This document shows, piece by piece, positions 12,432 to 23,205 of a DNA stretch of 64,000 bases. The notes under the pieces were generated by a model. It saw only the letters and a program-made list of their open reading frames with translations. It ran no database searches and had not been told where the DNA came from. The DNA lies in contig JBMFSQ010000015.1 in NCBI GenBank assembly GCA_049967475.1, forward strand, positions 1 to 64,000, written 5' to 3'. This DNA is from Chthonomonadales bacterium. GTDB taxonomy: Bacteria > Armatimonadota > Chthonomonadetes > Chthonomonadales > CAJBBX01. Position 1 is the first letter of the stretch, and every line of letters starts with the position of its first letter. A program made the translations under genes and the position numbers.

Positions 12432-13733
12432 ATGCTTGAATCGCTTGTCGCGGCATTTCGAATACCGGAACTGAAGCGGCGCATCCTGTTTGACCTGGGG
12501 ATGTTTGCCGTCTTCGGGCTGGGAGCGCATATCCCCGTTCCGGGGGTGGACCACCGGGCAGTGGAGCGGGTGTTCGGGGGCGCCGGCGGGCTCTTGGGGC
12601 TCGTAGATGTGTTCTCCGGCGGCGCATTGCGGCGGATGTCTCTCTTTGCTATGGGCATCACACCCTACATCAATGCCTCCATCATCATGCAGATGCTTAC
12701 CCTGGCCATTCCGCAGTTGGAAGCGCTGAGCAAGGAAGGCGAGGCAGGTCGCAAGCAGATCGCAAAGATCACCCGGTACCTAACGATCGGGCTGGCATTC
12801 TTCCAGGCAATCGGCTTCAGCATGGTGTTTCGAAGCAGCGGCGTTCATACACCGTTGCCGGCGATGGTGCAGATGTGGATCTGCATGACGGCTGGGACGT
12901 GCTTCCTGCTGTGGATCGGAGAACAGATTACGGAGAACGGCATCGGCAATGGCGTGTCGCTGGTGATCTTCGCCGGCATCCTGTTGAGCCTTCCATACCA
13001 AACGAGCCTCGTGGTGAAGCAAGTCCGCGACGGGGTCGTAGGTTGGCCTGGGGTGCTCGTTCTTGGCGTTATCTTCGTGCTCACGGTATTGGGCATCGTG
13101 TATGTAACCCAGGGGCAGCGCAAGATCCCCATCCAGCACGCCAAGCGCGTAGTGGGGATGAGGGTAACCCAGGGCGGGAGTTCCTTCCTTCCCATCAGGG
13201 TAAACACTGCAGGGGTCATCCCGATTATCTTTGCCATTTCCATGATGCTTCTGCCCGCGCAGATCCTTGGAGTGATCCCGGCAGCGCCCACCAGCTTTGT
13301 GGCGCGCCTTAAGACGTGGGCCCTCATGCTTTCCCCTGGGGCGACGTGGTGGGCCTCCCTAGCCTATGTGGTGCTCATCATCATCTTCACGTACTTTTAC
13401 ACGGCCGTGATCATGAACGTTCAGGACATGGCCGATAACCTGCGCAAATATGGCAACTACATCCCAGGCATCCGGCCCGGCAAGCCAACCTTTGACTATC
13501 TCGACCGTGTGGTGTCGCGCATCACACTGGCAGGGGCAGTGTTCCTGGCAGCGGTGGCGCTCGTTCAATATCTGGCGCCAGATATTACAGGGGTTCGATC
13601 CTTTGGGCTAATCGGCGGCACGTCGCTGCTGATTGTTGTTGGGGTCACCATCGAGACGATGCAAGCCATCGAGGCACAGATGTTGATGCGCAACTACGAG
13701 GGCTTCATCAAGAGCAGCCCCATCGGCTCCTAG
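12432..13733 (+). CDS. secY: Preprotein translocase SecY
   Basis: SLFAMGITPYINASII, GIGNGVSL, IPGIRPG, GGTSLLIVVGV. Confidence 0.99.
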   Translation: MLESLVAAFRIPELKRRILFDLGMFAVFGLGAHIPVPGVDHRAVERVFGGAGGLLGLVDVFSGGALRRMSLFAMGITPYINASIIMQMLTLAIPQLEALSKEGEAGRKQIAKITRYLTIGLAFFQAIGFSMVFRSSGVHTPLPAMVQMWICMTAGTCFLLWIGEQITENGIGNGVSLVIFAGILLSLPYQTSLVVKQVRDGVVGWPGVLVLGVIFVLTVLGIVYVTQGQRKIPIQHAKRVVGMRVTQGGSSFLPIRVNTAGVIPIIFAISMMLLPAQILGVIPAAPTSFVARLKTWALMLSPGATWWASLAYVVLIIIFTYFYTAVIMNVQDMADNLRKYGNYIPGIRPGKPTFDYLDRVVSRITLAGAVFLAAVALVQYLAPDITGVRSFGLIGGTSLLIVVGVTIETMQAIEAQMLMRNYEGFIKSSPIGS

Positions 13734-13830
13734 CAGCAAGCAGGCGGTCGGTGGCGAGGAACGGATACGGAGGGAGAGGGACACAAGCAGAGCCGGTGCA
13801 CCTGGAACAACAAAAAAGGGACCAAAAACG

Positions 13831-14496
13831 ATGATACTAGTGCTGATGGGCCCTCCTGGTTCCGGCAAGGGGACACAGGGAGCGCGAATATCCGAGGAGT
13901 TGGGCATTCCGCGCATCGCCACCGGCGACACGTTGCGGGAGATGGCAGCCGCTGGGACACCTTTGGGGTTGAAGGCCAAGGAGTACTCCTCAAAAGGCTT
14001 GCTGGTGCCCGATGAGATTGTGGTAGGTCTGATCAAGGAGCGCATCGGGGCTGAAGATTGCCGCAAGGGCTTTATTTTGGATGGCTTTCCGCGAACAGTG
14101 GGCCAGGCGGAGGCTTTGGACGCCATGCTCCATGCAGCAGGGAGGAAGATTGATCGCGTGGTGAACTTCGAGGTGCCGGAGGAGGAAGTGGTTCGGCGCC
14201 TCTCTGGGCGGAGGGTTTGCACCCAATGCGGCGCGACCTATCATATAGAATTCGTACCGCCACGGGTGGAGGGTATCTGCGATGCCTGTGGAGGCACCTT
14301 GGTGCAGCGGGCTGACGATGCTCCCGAGGCGGTGCGGCGCCGGCTGGTAGAGTATGAGCAAAAGACGGCGCCGGTGCTTAGGTACTACGAGGGGAAGGGC
14401 AACCTGGTGCATGTGGATGCTTCGCCTGACCCGGACACGATCTTTGGGCGCGTGCGGGAACTGATCCGAGAGGGTAGTGTGGTGCGTGCCGAATGA
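13831..14496 (+). CDS. adk: Adenylate kinase (Zn-lid type)
   Basis: GPPGSGKGTQ, LDGFPRT, CTQC...CDAC lid. Confidence 0.98.
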   Translation: MILVLMGPPGSGKGTQGARISEELGIPRIATGDTLREMAAAGTPLGLKAKEYSSKGLLVPDEIVVGLIKERIGAEDCRKGFILDGFPRTVGQAEALDAMLHAAGRKIDRVVNFEVPEEEVVRRLSGRRVCTQCGATYHIEFVPPRVEGICDACGGTLVQRADDAPEAVRRRLVEYEQKTAPVLRYYEGKGNLVHVDASPDPDTIFGRVRELIREGSVVRAE

Positions 14497-14503
14497 GAGC
14501 CGG

Positions 14504-15271
14504 ATGATCACCACCAAGTCTGAAGAGGAGATTGCCCGCATCGAGGCAGCGGGCCGCGTGGTGGCCGAGGCTCTGCGCGCTATGCGCGATGCCATCGTAC
14601 CCGGTAAGACGACAACCAACGATTTGGAGAACGCAGCCATAGCCGTTCTTACGAAACATGGAGCCGTGTCGCCGTTCTTCGGGTATCAGCCCCCGCACCA
14701 CCCGCCTTATCCGGCATGGACGTGCATCTCGGTGAATGAAGAGGTTGTGCACGGCGTTCCGGGACGGCGTGTGCTCCAAGAGGGCGACATCGTAGGCTGC
14801 GATGTGGGCGCGAAGCTGGATGGCTTCTATGCGGATGCAGCGTGGACGTTTCCTGTTGGGCGCGTGTCGCAGGAGGCGGAGCGGCTGCTGAAGGTAGGTG
14901 AAGAGGCGCTTTACACGGGCATCGCTGCCGCGCGGGTAGGCGGACATGTGGGCGATATCGGAGCCGCCATCCAGAAGTTCGTGCACAGGCATGGGTACAG
15001 CGTAGTTCGTGAGATGGTTGGGCACGGCATCGGCCGGGCGCTTCATGAGGAGCCCCAAGTGCCCAACTTCGGCAAACCGGGCCACGGGCCCCTGCTCCGT
15101 GAGGGCATGACGATATGCATCGAGCCGATGGTGAACGCAGGAGGGCACGCAATCCAGGCCCTATCCGATGAGTGGACGATTGTGACCAGCGACCGCTCGC
15201 TTTCTGTCCACTTTGAACACACCGTTGCCATAACGCGGAATGGGCCACGGATCTTGACCCGAGGAGATTGA
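14504..15271 (+). CDS. map: Methionine aminopeptidase type I
   Basis: CISVNEEVVHGVP, GHGIG, IEPMVN, HFEHTVAIT. Confidence 0.98.
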   Translation: MITTKSEEEIARIEAAGRVVAEALRAMRDAIVPGKTTTNDLENAAIAVLTKHGAVSPFFGYQPPHHPPYPAWTCISVNEEVVHGVPGRRVLQEGDIVGCDVGAKLDGFYADAAWTFPVGRVSQEAERLLKVGEEALYTGIAAARVGGHVGDIGAAIQKFVHRHGYSVVREMVGHGIGRALHEEPQVPNFGKPGHGPLLREGMTICIEPMVNAGGHAIQALSDEWTIVTSDRSLSVHFEHTVAITRNGPRILTRGD

Positions 15272-15613
15272 ATGCCGCCGAAACGACCGTTTCGAAGTGG
15301 TGGAAGCCGCAAACCGGGCGCCCATGGGTCCCAGAGCCGATCCTCCGGCAAGAGCCGGGCGCACAGCGCCGGGAAGTCTGCCGAGGAACAGGCCGACGTA
15401 AAGGAGAAGGGCATCGAAGTGGAAGGGGTGGTCACCGAGAACCTGCCGAACGCCATGTTCCGGGTGACCCTCCAGAGTGGTCACGAGGTGCTGGCCCACG
15501 TGTCCGGCAAGATCCGGATGAATTTCATTCGCATCTTGCCTGGAGATCGGGTTCTCGTGGAACTTTCGCCCTACGACCTTACGCGGGGTAGGATCCTTTA
15601 CCGGTACAAATAG
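15272..15613 (+). CDS. infA: Translation initiation factor IF-1 with basic N-terminal extension
   Basis: [18 protein letters not shown]...[21 protein letters not shown] 5 nt before ATG 15272. Confidence 0.96.
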   Translation: MPPKRPFRSGGSRKPGAHGSQSRSSGKSRAHSAGKSAEEQADVKEKGIEVEGVVTENLPNAMFRVTLQSGHEVLAHVSGKIRMNFIRILPGDRVLVELSPYDLTRGRILYRYK

Positions 15614-15701
15614 CCCGGAGCCGCTGCAGCGGGTGCCCGCGCAGGAATGCAGGGGCGCGGAGGAGGGCGCGAACGCGCATCCGGGGTAAGAGGTGAAGCA
15701 A

Positions 15702-15815
15702 TTGAAGGTGCGAGCATCGGTCAAAAAAATCTGTGACAAGTGCAAGATCATACGGCGCGAAGGGGTCGTGCGGGTAATCTGCAAGAACCCCAAGCACAAG
15801 CAACGTCAGGGCTAG
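15702..15815 (+). CDS. rpmJ: 50S ribosomal protein L36 (not in ORF track)
   Basis: TTG start; translated by hand as [37 protein letters not shown]. Confidence 0.97.
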   Translation: MKVRASVKKICDKCKIIRREGVVRVICKNPKHKQRQG

Positions 15816-15860
15816 ACCGGGCGTGAAGCTCGTTCTGGAACAGGATGCGGAGGGACTGGT

Positions 15861-16238
15861 TTGGCCAGAATCGCAGGAGTTGATCTACCGAGGGAGAAGC
15901 GTGTGGAATACGCACTCCCATACATCTACGGGATTGGCCTTTCGAGCGCGCGAAAGATCGTGGCCGCCGCCGGTGTGGATCCCGCGACGCGGGTGCGGGA
16001 CCTCACCGAGGCAGAGACAAGCCGATTGCGTGAGATCATCGAACGGGAGTACCGTGTAGAGGGTGACCTCAAGCGCGAGATCTCGCTCAATATCCGGCGC
16101 TTGCAGGAAATAGGGTGCTACCGCGGCCTTCGGCATCGCAGGGGACTGCCGGTGCGCGGTCAACGCACCAAAACGAATGCACGCGTGCGCAAGGGGCCCA
16201 AGCGCACCATCGCCGGAAAGAAGAAGGCCAAGAAGTAG
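15861..16238 (+). CDS. rpsM: 30S ribosomal protein S13
   Basis: [32 protein letters not shown]. Confidence 0.98.
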   Translation: MARIAGVDLPREKRVEYALPYIYGIGLSSARKIVAAAGVDPATRVRDLTEAETSRLREIIEREYRVEGDLKREISLNIRRLQEIGCYRGLRHRRGLPVRGQRTKTNARVRKGPKRTIAGKKKAKK

Positions 16239-16299
16239 CAGCGGCCTGCGCATGCAGCCCTTGCGGCCGCGCAGCATGATGTGAGGGAGAACGGCAAGT

Positions 16300-16698
16300 A
16301 TGGCGAAAAAGACGACAACCGCCGGACGGCAGAAGCCCAAGGAAAAGAAGAACATCGCCCAGGGCGTGGTGCACATCCAATCCACGTTCAACAACACGAT
16401 CGTCACCATCAGCGACGTGAAGGGCGAAGTGATCTCCTGGTCCAGTGCCGGTGCTATAGGCTTCAAGGGGACCAAGAAGGGCACACCCTTTGCAGCCCAG
16501 CTTGCAGCCGAGAATGCCGCGCGAAAGGCCATGGAGCATGGGCTGCGCCGGGTGGATGTTTACGTGAAGGGGCCTGGATCGGGCAGGGAGACCGCGATAC
16601 GCTCCCTTCAGGCCGTTGGCCTGGAAGTGTCGCTCATCAAGGATGTTACGCCCATCCCGCACAACGGCTGTCGCCCGCCCAAACGACGCCGCGTGTAG
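16300..16698 (+). CDS. rpsK: 30S ribosomal protein S11
   Basis: [28 protein letters not shown]. Confidence 0.99.
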   Translation: MAKKTTTAGRQKPKEKKNIAQGVVHIQSTFNNTIVTISDVKGEVISWSSAGAIGFKGTKKGTPFAAQLAAENAARKAMEHGLRRVDVYVKGPGSGRETAIRSLQAVGLEVSLIKDVTPIPHNGCRPPKRRRV

Positions 16699-16824
16699 TA
16701 CAGAGGGAGAAGCATCGCGCGGGAGGATGAAGCCTGGAATGCCGGGTGTAAACTCCCAGGAGCGCTGGGTGAAGGCGCTCTCACGAACCGGATCACGTCC
16801 GGAAGGAGCAACCAAGAAGGAACG

Positions 16825-17460
16825 ATGGCTACAAACTCAGAACCCCGGTGCCGGCAATGCCGGCGTGAAGGTGAGAAGCTGTTTCTGAAAGGCGACAGGT
16901 GCTTTAGGCATTGCGTGTTGGATAAGGAGGACCGGAGAAAGCCGCCTGGACAGCACGGGGCGAGCGCCGCTCAAAAGAAGCTCACCGAGTATGGCACCCA
17001 GCTCCGCGAGAAGCAGAAGCTGCGCCGCATCTACCGGGTGCTTGAGCGGCAGTTCCGCAACTATATGGCCGAGGCCGAGCGCCGCAAAGGCGTAACCGGC
17101 GAGACGTTGCTGCAATTGCTGGAGATGCGTTTGGACAACGTGGTGTACCGCCTGGGGCTCGCCAGTTCGCGGGCCATGGCGCGCCAGCTCGTGAGCCACC
17201 GCTTCTTCACGGTGAATGGCCGCAGGGTGAACATCCCTTCCTACCAGGTGAGGCCCGGCGATGTCATCGGCGTGCACGAGAGCAAGATGCAGACCGAGGT
17301 GATGAAGCAAATGCGCAGCAAATTGCACACACGCGGGCTGCCCGATTGGCTCGAGTTCGACGCAGCAGAGATGGAAGGCCGGGTGCTGGCGGCTCCCACC
17401 CGGAGCCAAATAGACACGCCGGTTCAGGAACAGTTGATCGTGGAATTTTACTCGCGTTAG
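16825..17460 (+). CDS. rpsD: 30S ribosomal protein S4 (Zn-binding form)
   Basis: [41 protein letters not shown]. Confidence 0.98.
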   Translation: MATNSEPRCRQCRREGEKLFLKGDRCFRHCVLDKEDRRKPPGQHGASAAQKKLTEYGTQLREKQKLRRIYRVLERQFRNYMAEAERRKGVTGETLLQLLEMRLDNVVYRLGLASSRAMARQLVSHRFFTVNGRRVNIPSYQVRPGDVIGVHESKMQTEVMKQMRSKLHTRGLPDWLEFDAAEMEGRVLAAPTRSQIDTPVQEQLIVEFYSR

Positions 17461-17537
17461 GCACGGAGGGAGGAGGTGCGCTGTTGGCGGGAGGCCTTCC
17501 GCCGCGCCACCCTGTCCTTCTGGCTGGGGGATCCTAT

Positions 17538-18623
17538 ATGGAATTGACCGAACCGCGGATAACTACGCTGGAAGAGAGCGCCACCTACGGGAAGTTCGTG
17601 GTGGAGCCCCTCGATCGCGGATATGGAGTGACACTGGGCAATTCGCTGCGGCGGGTTTTGCTCTCCTCCATCGAAGGGGCTGCAATCACCTATGTGAAGA
17701 TAGACAAAGTGCTGCATGAGTTCTCCACCATTCCCGGCGTCAAGGAAGACACCACCGAACTGCTGCTGAACCTTAAGGGGCTCTACGTAAAGGTCCACGG
17801 GAAATGGGCTGCCCGCTCGGAGCCGTTCACTCTGCGCATCGCCCGGCGCGGAGAAGGCCGCGTAACGGGTGCCGACGTGGAATGTCCGGCCGGTATAGAG
17901 GTGGTCAACCCGGAGGCCTACATCGCCACTATTGCTGATGATGACGCCTCCCTCAATATCGAGATGACAGTGGAGATCGGGAAGGGGTACGTGCTGCCCG
18001 ACAAGCAAGAGCGGCGCGACAATCAGCCCATAGGCATCATCCCCGTGGGTTCCGCCTTCACCCCCGTTCGTAAGGTGAACTACACGGTGGAGGCGACGCG
18101 TGTGGGCTTCAAGACGGACTATGAACGCCTCACGCTCGAGATCACTACGAACGGCACGATCTCGCCCAGCGAAGCCATGAGTGAAGCAGCCTCGATCCTG
18201 ATGCAGCAGCTCGAAATGTTCGTAGACTACAAGGGGACGCGGCCTGTGACACTTCTGGAGGCAGGTGATCTCTCTGCAGGGCGCCATCCCGAGGCTCCCG
18301 ATGCCCGAATAGATGAGCTGGAATTCTCGGTTCGCACCCTCAACTGCCTGAAGAAGGCGGGCATCGTTACCGTGCGCGATTTGGTGCAAACCTCAGAGGC
18401 AGATCTCATGCAGATCCGCAACTTCGGCCGGAAATCCCTCGAGGAGGTTCGCGAACGCCTGGCTCATCTGGGCTTGAGCCTCAAGGGAGGCCCGGCTTTG
18501 ACCACGGACGATGACGAGGAGGATCTGGCGGAAGAAGCCGGCATGGAAGGCGATACCGGTGAAGAAGAGGTACCGGCTACATCCATCGAGAAGCGGGCTC
18601 CTGCGGAGCAAGAGGAAGTATAG
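17538..18623 (+). CDS. rpoA: RNA polymerase alpha subunit
   Basis: EPLDRGYGVTLGNSLRRVLLSS, alpha-CTD LEFSVRTLNCLK...NFGRKSLEEV; acidic tail. Confidence 0.98.
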   Translation: MELTEPRITTLEESATYGKFVVEPLDRGYGVTLGNSLRRVLLSSIEGAAITYVKIDKVLHEFSTIPGVKEDTTELLLNLKGLYVKVHGKWAARSEPFTLRIARRGEGRVTGADVECPAGIEVVNPEAYIATIADDDASLNIEMTVEIGKGYVLPDKQERRDNQPIGIIPVGSAFTPVRKVNYTVEATRVGFKTDYERLTLEITTNGTISPSEAMSEAASILMQQLEMFVDYKGTRPVTLLEAGDLSAGRHPEAPDARIDELEFSVRTLNCLKKAGIVTVRDLVQTSEADLMQIRNFGRKSLEEVRERLAHLGLSLKGGPALTTDDDEEDLAEEAGMEGDTGEEEVPATSIEKRAPAEQEEV

Positions 18624-18638
18624 AGCAAGGAGGTTGAG

Positions 18639-19127
18639 ATGAGACATCGTGTAGCCGGGCGCAAATTCAGCCTGCCGAGCGACCAGCGGAGGGCGCTTCT
18701 GAAGGGTTTGGTGCGCTCGCTTTTTGAGCATGGCAAGATCACCACAACGGAGACGCGGGCGAAGGAGGTTAAGCCCATCGCGGAGAAGCTCATCACCGCT
18801 GCGAGGCGGAATGATCTGCATGCGCGGCGCATGGTGCGGGCCTACGTGGATGCCAACGTGTCGGAATTCGGCGTGAATGCTCAGAACGGCAAGCTGGCTC
18901 GGAACCCGAACTGCGTGATGCCGCGGTTGTTCGAGCAGATCGCACCGCGCTATGCCAACCGGCCTGGCGGATATACCCGCATCACGAAGCTTGGCTATCG
19001 GCGGGGAGACGGCGCTCCACTGGTGGTTCTGGAGCTCGTGGAGGGAGAGGAGATCGTCCATCAGCCAGCCGCTTCGGAAGGCGCAGTGACCTCTCGGAGG
19101 CGCAGGTTGTTTGGTCGCAAGGGGTAA
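18639..19127 (+). CDS. rplQ: 50S ribosomal protein L17
   Basis: [27 protein letters not shown]. Confidence 0.98.
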   Translation: MRHRVAGRKFSLPSDQRRALLKGLVRSLFEHGKITTTETRAKEVKPIAEKLITAARRNDLHARRMVRAYVDANVSEFGVNAQNGKLARNPNCVMPRLFEQIAPRYANRPGGYTRITKLGYRRGDGAPLVVLELVEGEEIVHQPAASEGAVTSRRRRLFGRKG

Positions 19128-19173
19128 TGCGGGCTCTCCTGAGAAGTACGACGCTGCGCTGAGTGGCGGATCC

Positions 19174-19914
19174 ATGCGTTGCTTCAAGGTAACGCTGGAA
19201 TACGACGGCACGGATTTCGCCGGATATCAGTACCAGGTAGGTTTGCGCACCGTTCAGGGAGAGCTTGAGAAGGCGCTCAAGAAACTCTTGGGCACGGATG
19301 TGCGGCCCAGTGTGGCTGGGCGAACGGATGCAGGGGTTCATGCCCTGGGCCAGGTGGTAGGGTTCCGGGCGCAGACATCTATTCCGCTGGATCGGATGTG
19401 TGCCGCCCTAAATTCGGTGTTGCCTCGGGATGTGGCCGCGGTGCGCGCAGAACAGGTGGATGCCGCCTTTCACGCGCGCTTCAGCGCCCGGTGGCGCACC
19501 TATGTGTATGCGATTTTGAACCGGAGGGAACCTTCGGCGCTTTGGGGAAGGTACAGCTATCACGTTCCGCAGGCGCTGGATGTGGAGGCCATGGGGAGGG
19601 CAGCATCGTATCTGGAGGGTGAACACGATTTTACATCCTGGGCGAATGATCTGCGCGAAGCGGCAAGTCCTGTGCGGCATATGCGCAGGTGCCGGGTGAG
19701 GCGGCACGGCGCATTCATCCTTGTAACCGTGCAGGCCAACGCATTGCTCAAGGGAATGGTGCGCAACGTGGTGGGTACGCTGGTGGAGGTAGGGATGGGC
19801 AAGCGGAGCCCGGAGGAGATCCCCGCCATCACCGCGGCGAGATCGCGGGCGGCAGCCGGACCTTGTGCTCCAGCCCGAGGGTTATGCTTGCTGCGCGTAG
19901 AGTATGAAGGATAG
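19174..19914 (+). CDS. truA: tRNA pseudouridine(38-40) synthase
   Basis: [32 protein letters not shown]. Confidence 0.97.
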   Translation: MRCFKVTLEYDGTDFAGYQYQVGLRTVQGELEKALKKLLGTDVRPSVAGRTDAGVHALGQVVGFRAQTSIPLDRMCAALNSVLPRDVAAVRAEQVDAAFHARFSARWRTYVYAILNRREPSALWGRYSYHVPQALDVEAMGRAASYLEGEHDFTSWANDLREAASPVRHMRRCRVRRHGAFILVTVQANALLKGMVRNVVGTLVEVGMGKRSPEEIPAITAARSRAAAGPCAPARGLCLLRVEYEG

Positions 19915-19919
19915 GAGCA

Positions 19920-20369
19920 ATGATGAAAACATTCGTGGCGAAGCCAGGTGATATCAAGCGGAGTTGGCATTTGATTGATGCTTCCGGGCAGCCCATGGGT
20001 CGAGTGGCATCCGATATCGCTCGATTGCTGCGGGGCAAGCACAAGCCGATCTTCACTCCCAATGTGGACACGGGAGACTTCGTGGTAGTGGTAAACGCGG
20101 AGAAGGTTGTTCTTACCGGGATGAAGGCTTCGGAAAAGGTATACCGGCACAGCGGCTGGCCCGGGGGGCTTAAGCACATCACGCGGGGCGACGAGCTTGC
20201 GCGCAAGCCGGAAGAGGCGCTGCGCCGCGTAGTGCGCGGAATGCTGCCTCATAACCGCCTCGGCCGCGCCCTCATCCGGAAGCTGAAGATCTACGCCGGC
20301 CCAGACCACCCCCATGCTGCGCAGAAGCCAATCCCGTGGGTGAACCCCATGGCTAGGCAAGGAGAGTGA
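19920..20369 (+). CDS. rplM: 50S ribosomal protein L13
   Basis: [24 protein letters not shown]. Confidence 0.98.
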   Translation: MMKTFVAKPGDIKRSWHLIDASGQPMGRVASDIARLLRGKHKPIFTPNVDTGDFVVVVNAEKVVLTGMKASEKVYRHSGWPGGLKHITRGDELARKPEEALRRVVRGMLPHNRLGRALIRKLKIYAGPDHPHAAQKPIPWVNPMARQGE

Positions 20370-20767
20370 GAGTGCTTCCATCCATCCGATATTACGGAAC
20401 CGGTAAGCGTAAGGACGCAATCGCCCGGGTTTGGCTGGTCCCCGGCACCGGCGAAGTGACCATCAATGACCGCCCTGCCGAGAAGTACCTGGGTCGCCTG
20501 GTGCTTCGACGCCTCATTGATCAGCCCTTCGAGGTAACCGAGACCCTCGGCCGCTTCGATGTGATTGCCAAGTGCAAGGGCGGCGGCATCAGCGGCCAAG
20601 CGGGCGCCGTGCGCCACGGCATCAGCAAGGCGCTGCTCGAAGCCAATCCCGATTACCGTCCCACGCTCAGGAAGCTGGGTTTCCTGACGCGAGACCCGCG
20701 GGTAAAAGAGCGAAAGAAGTATGGCCGCAAGCGGGCACGCCGCGGCTTCCAGTTCAGCAAGCGCTAG
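20366..20767 (+). CDS. rpsI: 30S ribosomal protein S9
   Basis: [33 protein letters not shown]. Confidence 0.98.
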   Translation: MRVLPSIRYYGTGKRKDAIARVWLVPGTGEVTINDRPAEKYLGRLVLRRLIDQPFEVTETLGRFDVIAKCKGGGISGQAGAVRHGISKALLEANPDYRPTLRKLGFLTRDPRVKERKKYGRKRARRGFQFSKR

Positions 20768-20848
20768 GGCGTACCGAAACGGCCTCAACGGAGCCCCTGC
20801 TTTGCTTCACTCGAGGCGCGCCGGTTGCCTACGCCAAAGAACCTTACG

Positions 20849-21529
20849 ATGACAGAAGCCGCGAAGCCTCTGCCCGGTCAAGAGCCTGCAACGGTCCTCG
20901 AATACGTGGCGCCCATGGCCCTCTTCATCATCTTTACCTATGTGGAGGGCTTGGCGCCACACCTTTATGTACCGCTCTACACCGCTAAGATCGCAGCCGT
21001 TACCGCAGCGCTGGCGATCTGGCGGCGTCCTTTGCGCACCATTCACTTCGACGTGCGCACTCTCCCGCTGGCGCTGATCGTGGGCGCAGCGGTATTTGTA
21101 GAGTGGATTGTATTGGACCGCTGGATCCCCTATCCTCATTTGGGGACGAGATCCGCCTTCAACCCCTTTGCCGGTATCGCACAGCCGACGGGTCGAGTAC
21201 TCTTTATCGGGCTCACGCTCTACGCCATGGCCGTGATGGTGCCCGTGATGGAGGAGCTCTTTTGGAGGTCCTGGCTGATCCGGTACCTCACTACGCCTGG
21301 ATGGCAGGCGATTGCTCCGTGGCAATATTCGCGCAACGGCTATTTGGGGGTTGCAATCCTCTTCGGCCTTGCTCACACGGAATGGCTGGTGGCGGTGGTG
21401 TGCGCCTTGGCCTATGGCTGGCTTCTGCAGCACACCAAGAGCCTCTTCGCCTGCGTGGCAGCCCACGGATGCACGAACCTGCTGCTCGCCCTGTATATTC
21501 TGCACACAGGCGCATGGAAGTACTGGTAG
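20849..21529 (+). CDS. CPBP/CAAX prenyl protease-related intramembrane protease (exosortase-associated type)
   Basis: VPVMEELFWRSWL, FGLAH, AHGCTNLLL motifs, C-terminal WKYW, several TM segments; start uncertain. Confidence 0.8.
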   Translation: MTEAAKPLPGQEPATVLEYVAPMALFIIFTYVEGLAPHLYVPLYTAKIAAVTAALAIWRRPLRTIHFDVRTLPLALIVGAAVFVEWIVLDRWIPYPHLGTRSAFNPFAGIAQPTGRVLFIGLTLYAMAVMVPVMEELFWRSWLIRYLTTPGWQAIAPWQYSRNGYLGVAILFGLAHTEWLVAVVCALAYGWLLQHTKSLFACVAAHGCTNLLLALYILHTGAWKYW

Positions 21530-21554
21530 CAGGTGTCCCCGCGTCACCGCTCAA

Positions 21555-22556
21555 TTACCGGGCGCCGCATGCCCGCAGGATCGCGTAGACCATCCCTGCA
21601 ACGCCGGCGGTGGCCGGTAGTGTAAGGATCCAGGCAACTACCATACTCTGAGCCACTCCCCACCGCACGGCCGAAAGGCGCTTGGATGCTCCCACTCCAA
21701 AGATTGCACCGGAGATGACATGCGTGGTGCTCACAGGCATTCCAAAGTGGCTGGAGGTCATCAACACGAGGCTTGCCGACGTTTCTGCAGCGAAGCCGTG
21801 AACCGGTTCCAGGCGAATGATGCGGTGGCCCATGGTCTTGATGATGCGGTATCCGCCGGCGGATGTTCCGAGGGCCATCATGGTGGCGCAGCAGAGGATG
21901 ACCCAAAGCGGGATTACGGGTTTGGCGAGATAACCTTCAGACACCAGCGCCAGGGTGATGATGCCCATGCTCTTTTGGGCGTCATTCAGGCCGTGGGAGA
22001 AGGCCATGGATGCGGCTGAGAGCACTTGCAGGTGGCGAAACCAGCCCGACACTTTGCCGGGCTGCACGCCGGCCAGCGTCCAGAAGATCACGAGCATCAA
22101 GAGGAAGCCCATGGCGAAGCCCGCCAGGGGTGAGGCTACAAGCGGTACAACGACTTTATCCCAGAGGCCTTTCCAAATGACCACCCGGACCCCGCCATGA
22201 ACGATGGCAGCGCCGATCAATCCGCCTACGAGGGCGTGAGACGAGCTGCTGGGAATGCCGTACCTCCATGTAATGAGGTCCCACACGATGGCCCCTACAA
22301 CTGCAGCCAGAACGACCCATTGGGTAGCATCGCTGGGAGCCACCAGCCCCTTTGCAATGGTTTGAGCCACGTTGGTGGATACCAATGCCCCTACGAAGTT
22401 GAGGGCGGCAGCCATGAGGATGGCCGTACGGGGAGAGAGCACGCGCGTAGACACGACGGTGGCGATGGCGTTGGCGCTGTCATGGAAGCCATTGATATAG
22501 TCGAAGACGAGCGCCAACGCAACGATGAGAACGATGAGGGCGCCTATTTCAGGCAT
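21555..22556 (-). CDS. pit: Inorganic phosphate transporter (PiT family)
   Basis: NGFHDSANAIAT, GIPSSSSHAL, HGLNDAQK, PVSTTH. Confidence 0.95.
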   Translation of the reverse strand: MPEIGALIVLIVALALVFDYINGFHDSANAIATVVSTRVLSPRTAILMAAALNFVGALVSTNVAQTIAKGLVAPSDATQWVVLAAVVGAIVWDLITWRYGIPSSSSHALVGGLIGAAIVHGGVRVVIWKGLWDKVVVPLVASPLAGFAMGFLLMLVIFWTLAGVQPGKVSGWFRHLQVLSAASMAFSHGLNDAQKSMGIITLALVSEGYLAKPVIPLWVILCCATMMALGTSAGGYRIIKTMGHRIIRLEPVHGFAAETSASLVLMTSSHFGMPVSTTHVISGAIFGVGASKRLSAVRWGVAQSMVVAWILTLPATAGVAGMVYAILRACGAR

Positions 22557-23172
22557 ACTTCACGACCACACTTTCCAGCACAGTGGCGACATCTTCGCAT
22601 TTATCCGTGGCGATCTCTATGCGATCATAGATCTCTTTCCACTTGATTACCATGATGGCGTCGGTTCCCGGCGTGTTGAACAGGGTTGCGAGTGCTTCTC
22701 GGAAGGCCTTATCGCTCCGGTTCTCCAATTCATGGATGCGGATGAGGGCCTCGTGAAAGACTTTTCGGTTCTTGGGATTGTCCAGCAGATTGACCGCATC
22801 GGCCGTGGCCCGGACGGTGTCCACCAGAAGGGCTACGAGGGGCGCCAAGTCCGGCCGGGGCACGGAAAGCTGATAGAGCGCAATGCGGCCGCTGGCAGCT
22901 TCGACAAAGTCGGTGATATCGTCCAGGGCGCTGGAGAGCTTGTGGAGATCTTCCTTATCCAGGGGTGTTACGAAGGTTGCATCGGTGCGATTGGCTAGTT
23001 GATGGGTGAAATCATCGGCCTCGTGCTCGATCTCTTCGATGCGCCGCGCGTGGTCCGCTCTATGCTCAAAATCCTGGCTGAGTGCATGGAATTCCTGGGC
23101 CGCCCGCCAGGCAGCATTCGCCTGGGCCTGCAGCAACTGGAAGAAGGTGCGGTCCTTGCCCAGTAGCTTCAC
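22549..23172 (-). CDS. DUF47 / PhoU-like Pit accessory protein
   Basis: IEHEAD...TFVTPLDKED...IKWKEIYDRIE...D; coupled upstream of pit. Confidence 0.92.
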   Translation of the reverse strand: MKLLGKDRTFFQLLQAQANAAWRAAQEFHALSQDFEHRADHARRIEEIEHEADDFTHQLANRTDATFVTPLDKEDLHKLSSALDDITDFVEAASGRIALYQLSVPRPDLAPLVALLVDTVRATADAVNLLDNPKNRKVFHEALIRIHELENRSDKAFREALATLFNTPGTDAIMVIKWKEIYDRIEIATDKCEDVATVLESVVVKYA

Positions 23173-23205
23173 GGTAAGATCCTCCGTAGAATGATATGCT
23201 CTGTA

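Noticed and set aside
758..20788. Many long antisense and alternate-frame ORFs over the ribosomal cluster and elsewhere (e.g. 8255-9355, 40272-41849, 48580-49920, 52783-54180)
   Set aside because: Shadow ORFs expected in high-GC coding DNA; they overlap well-supported genes and carry no motifs.
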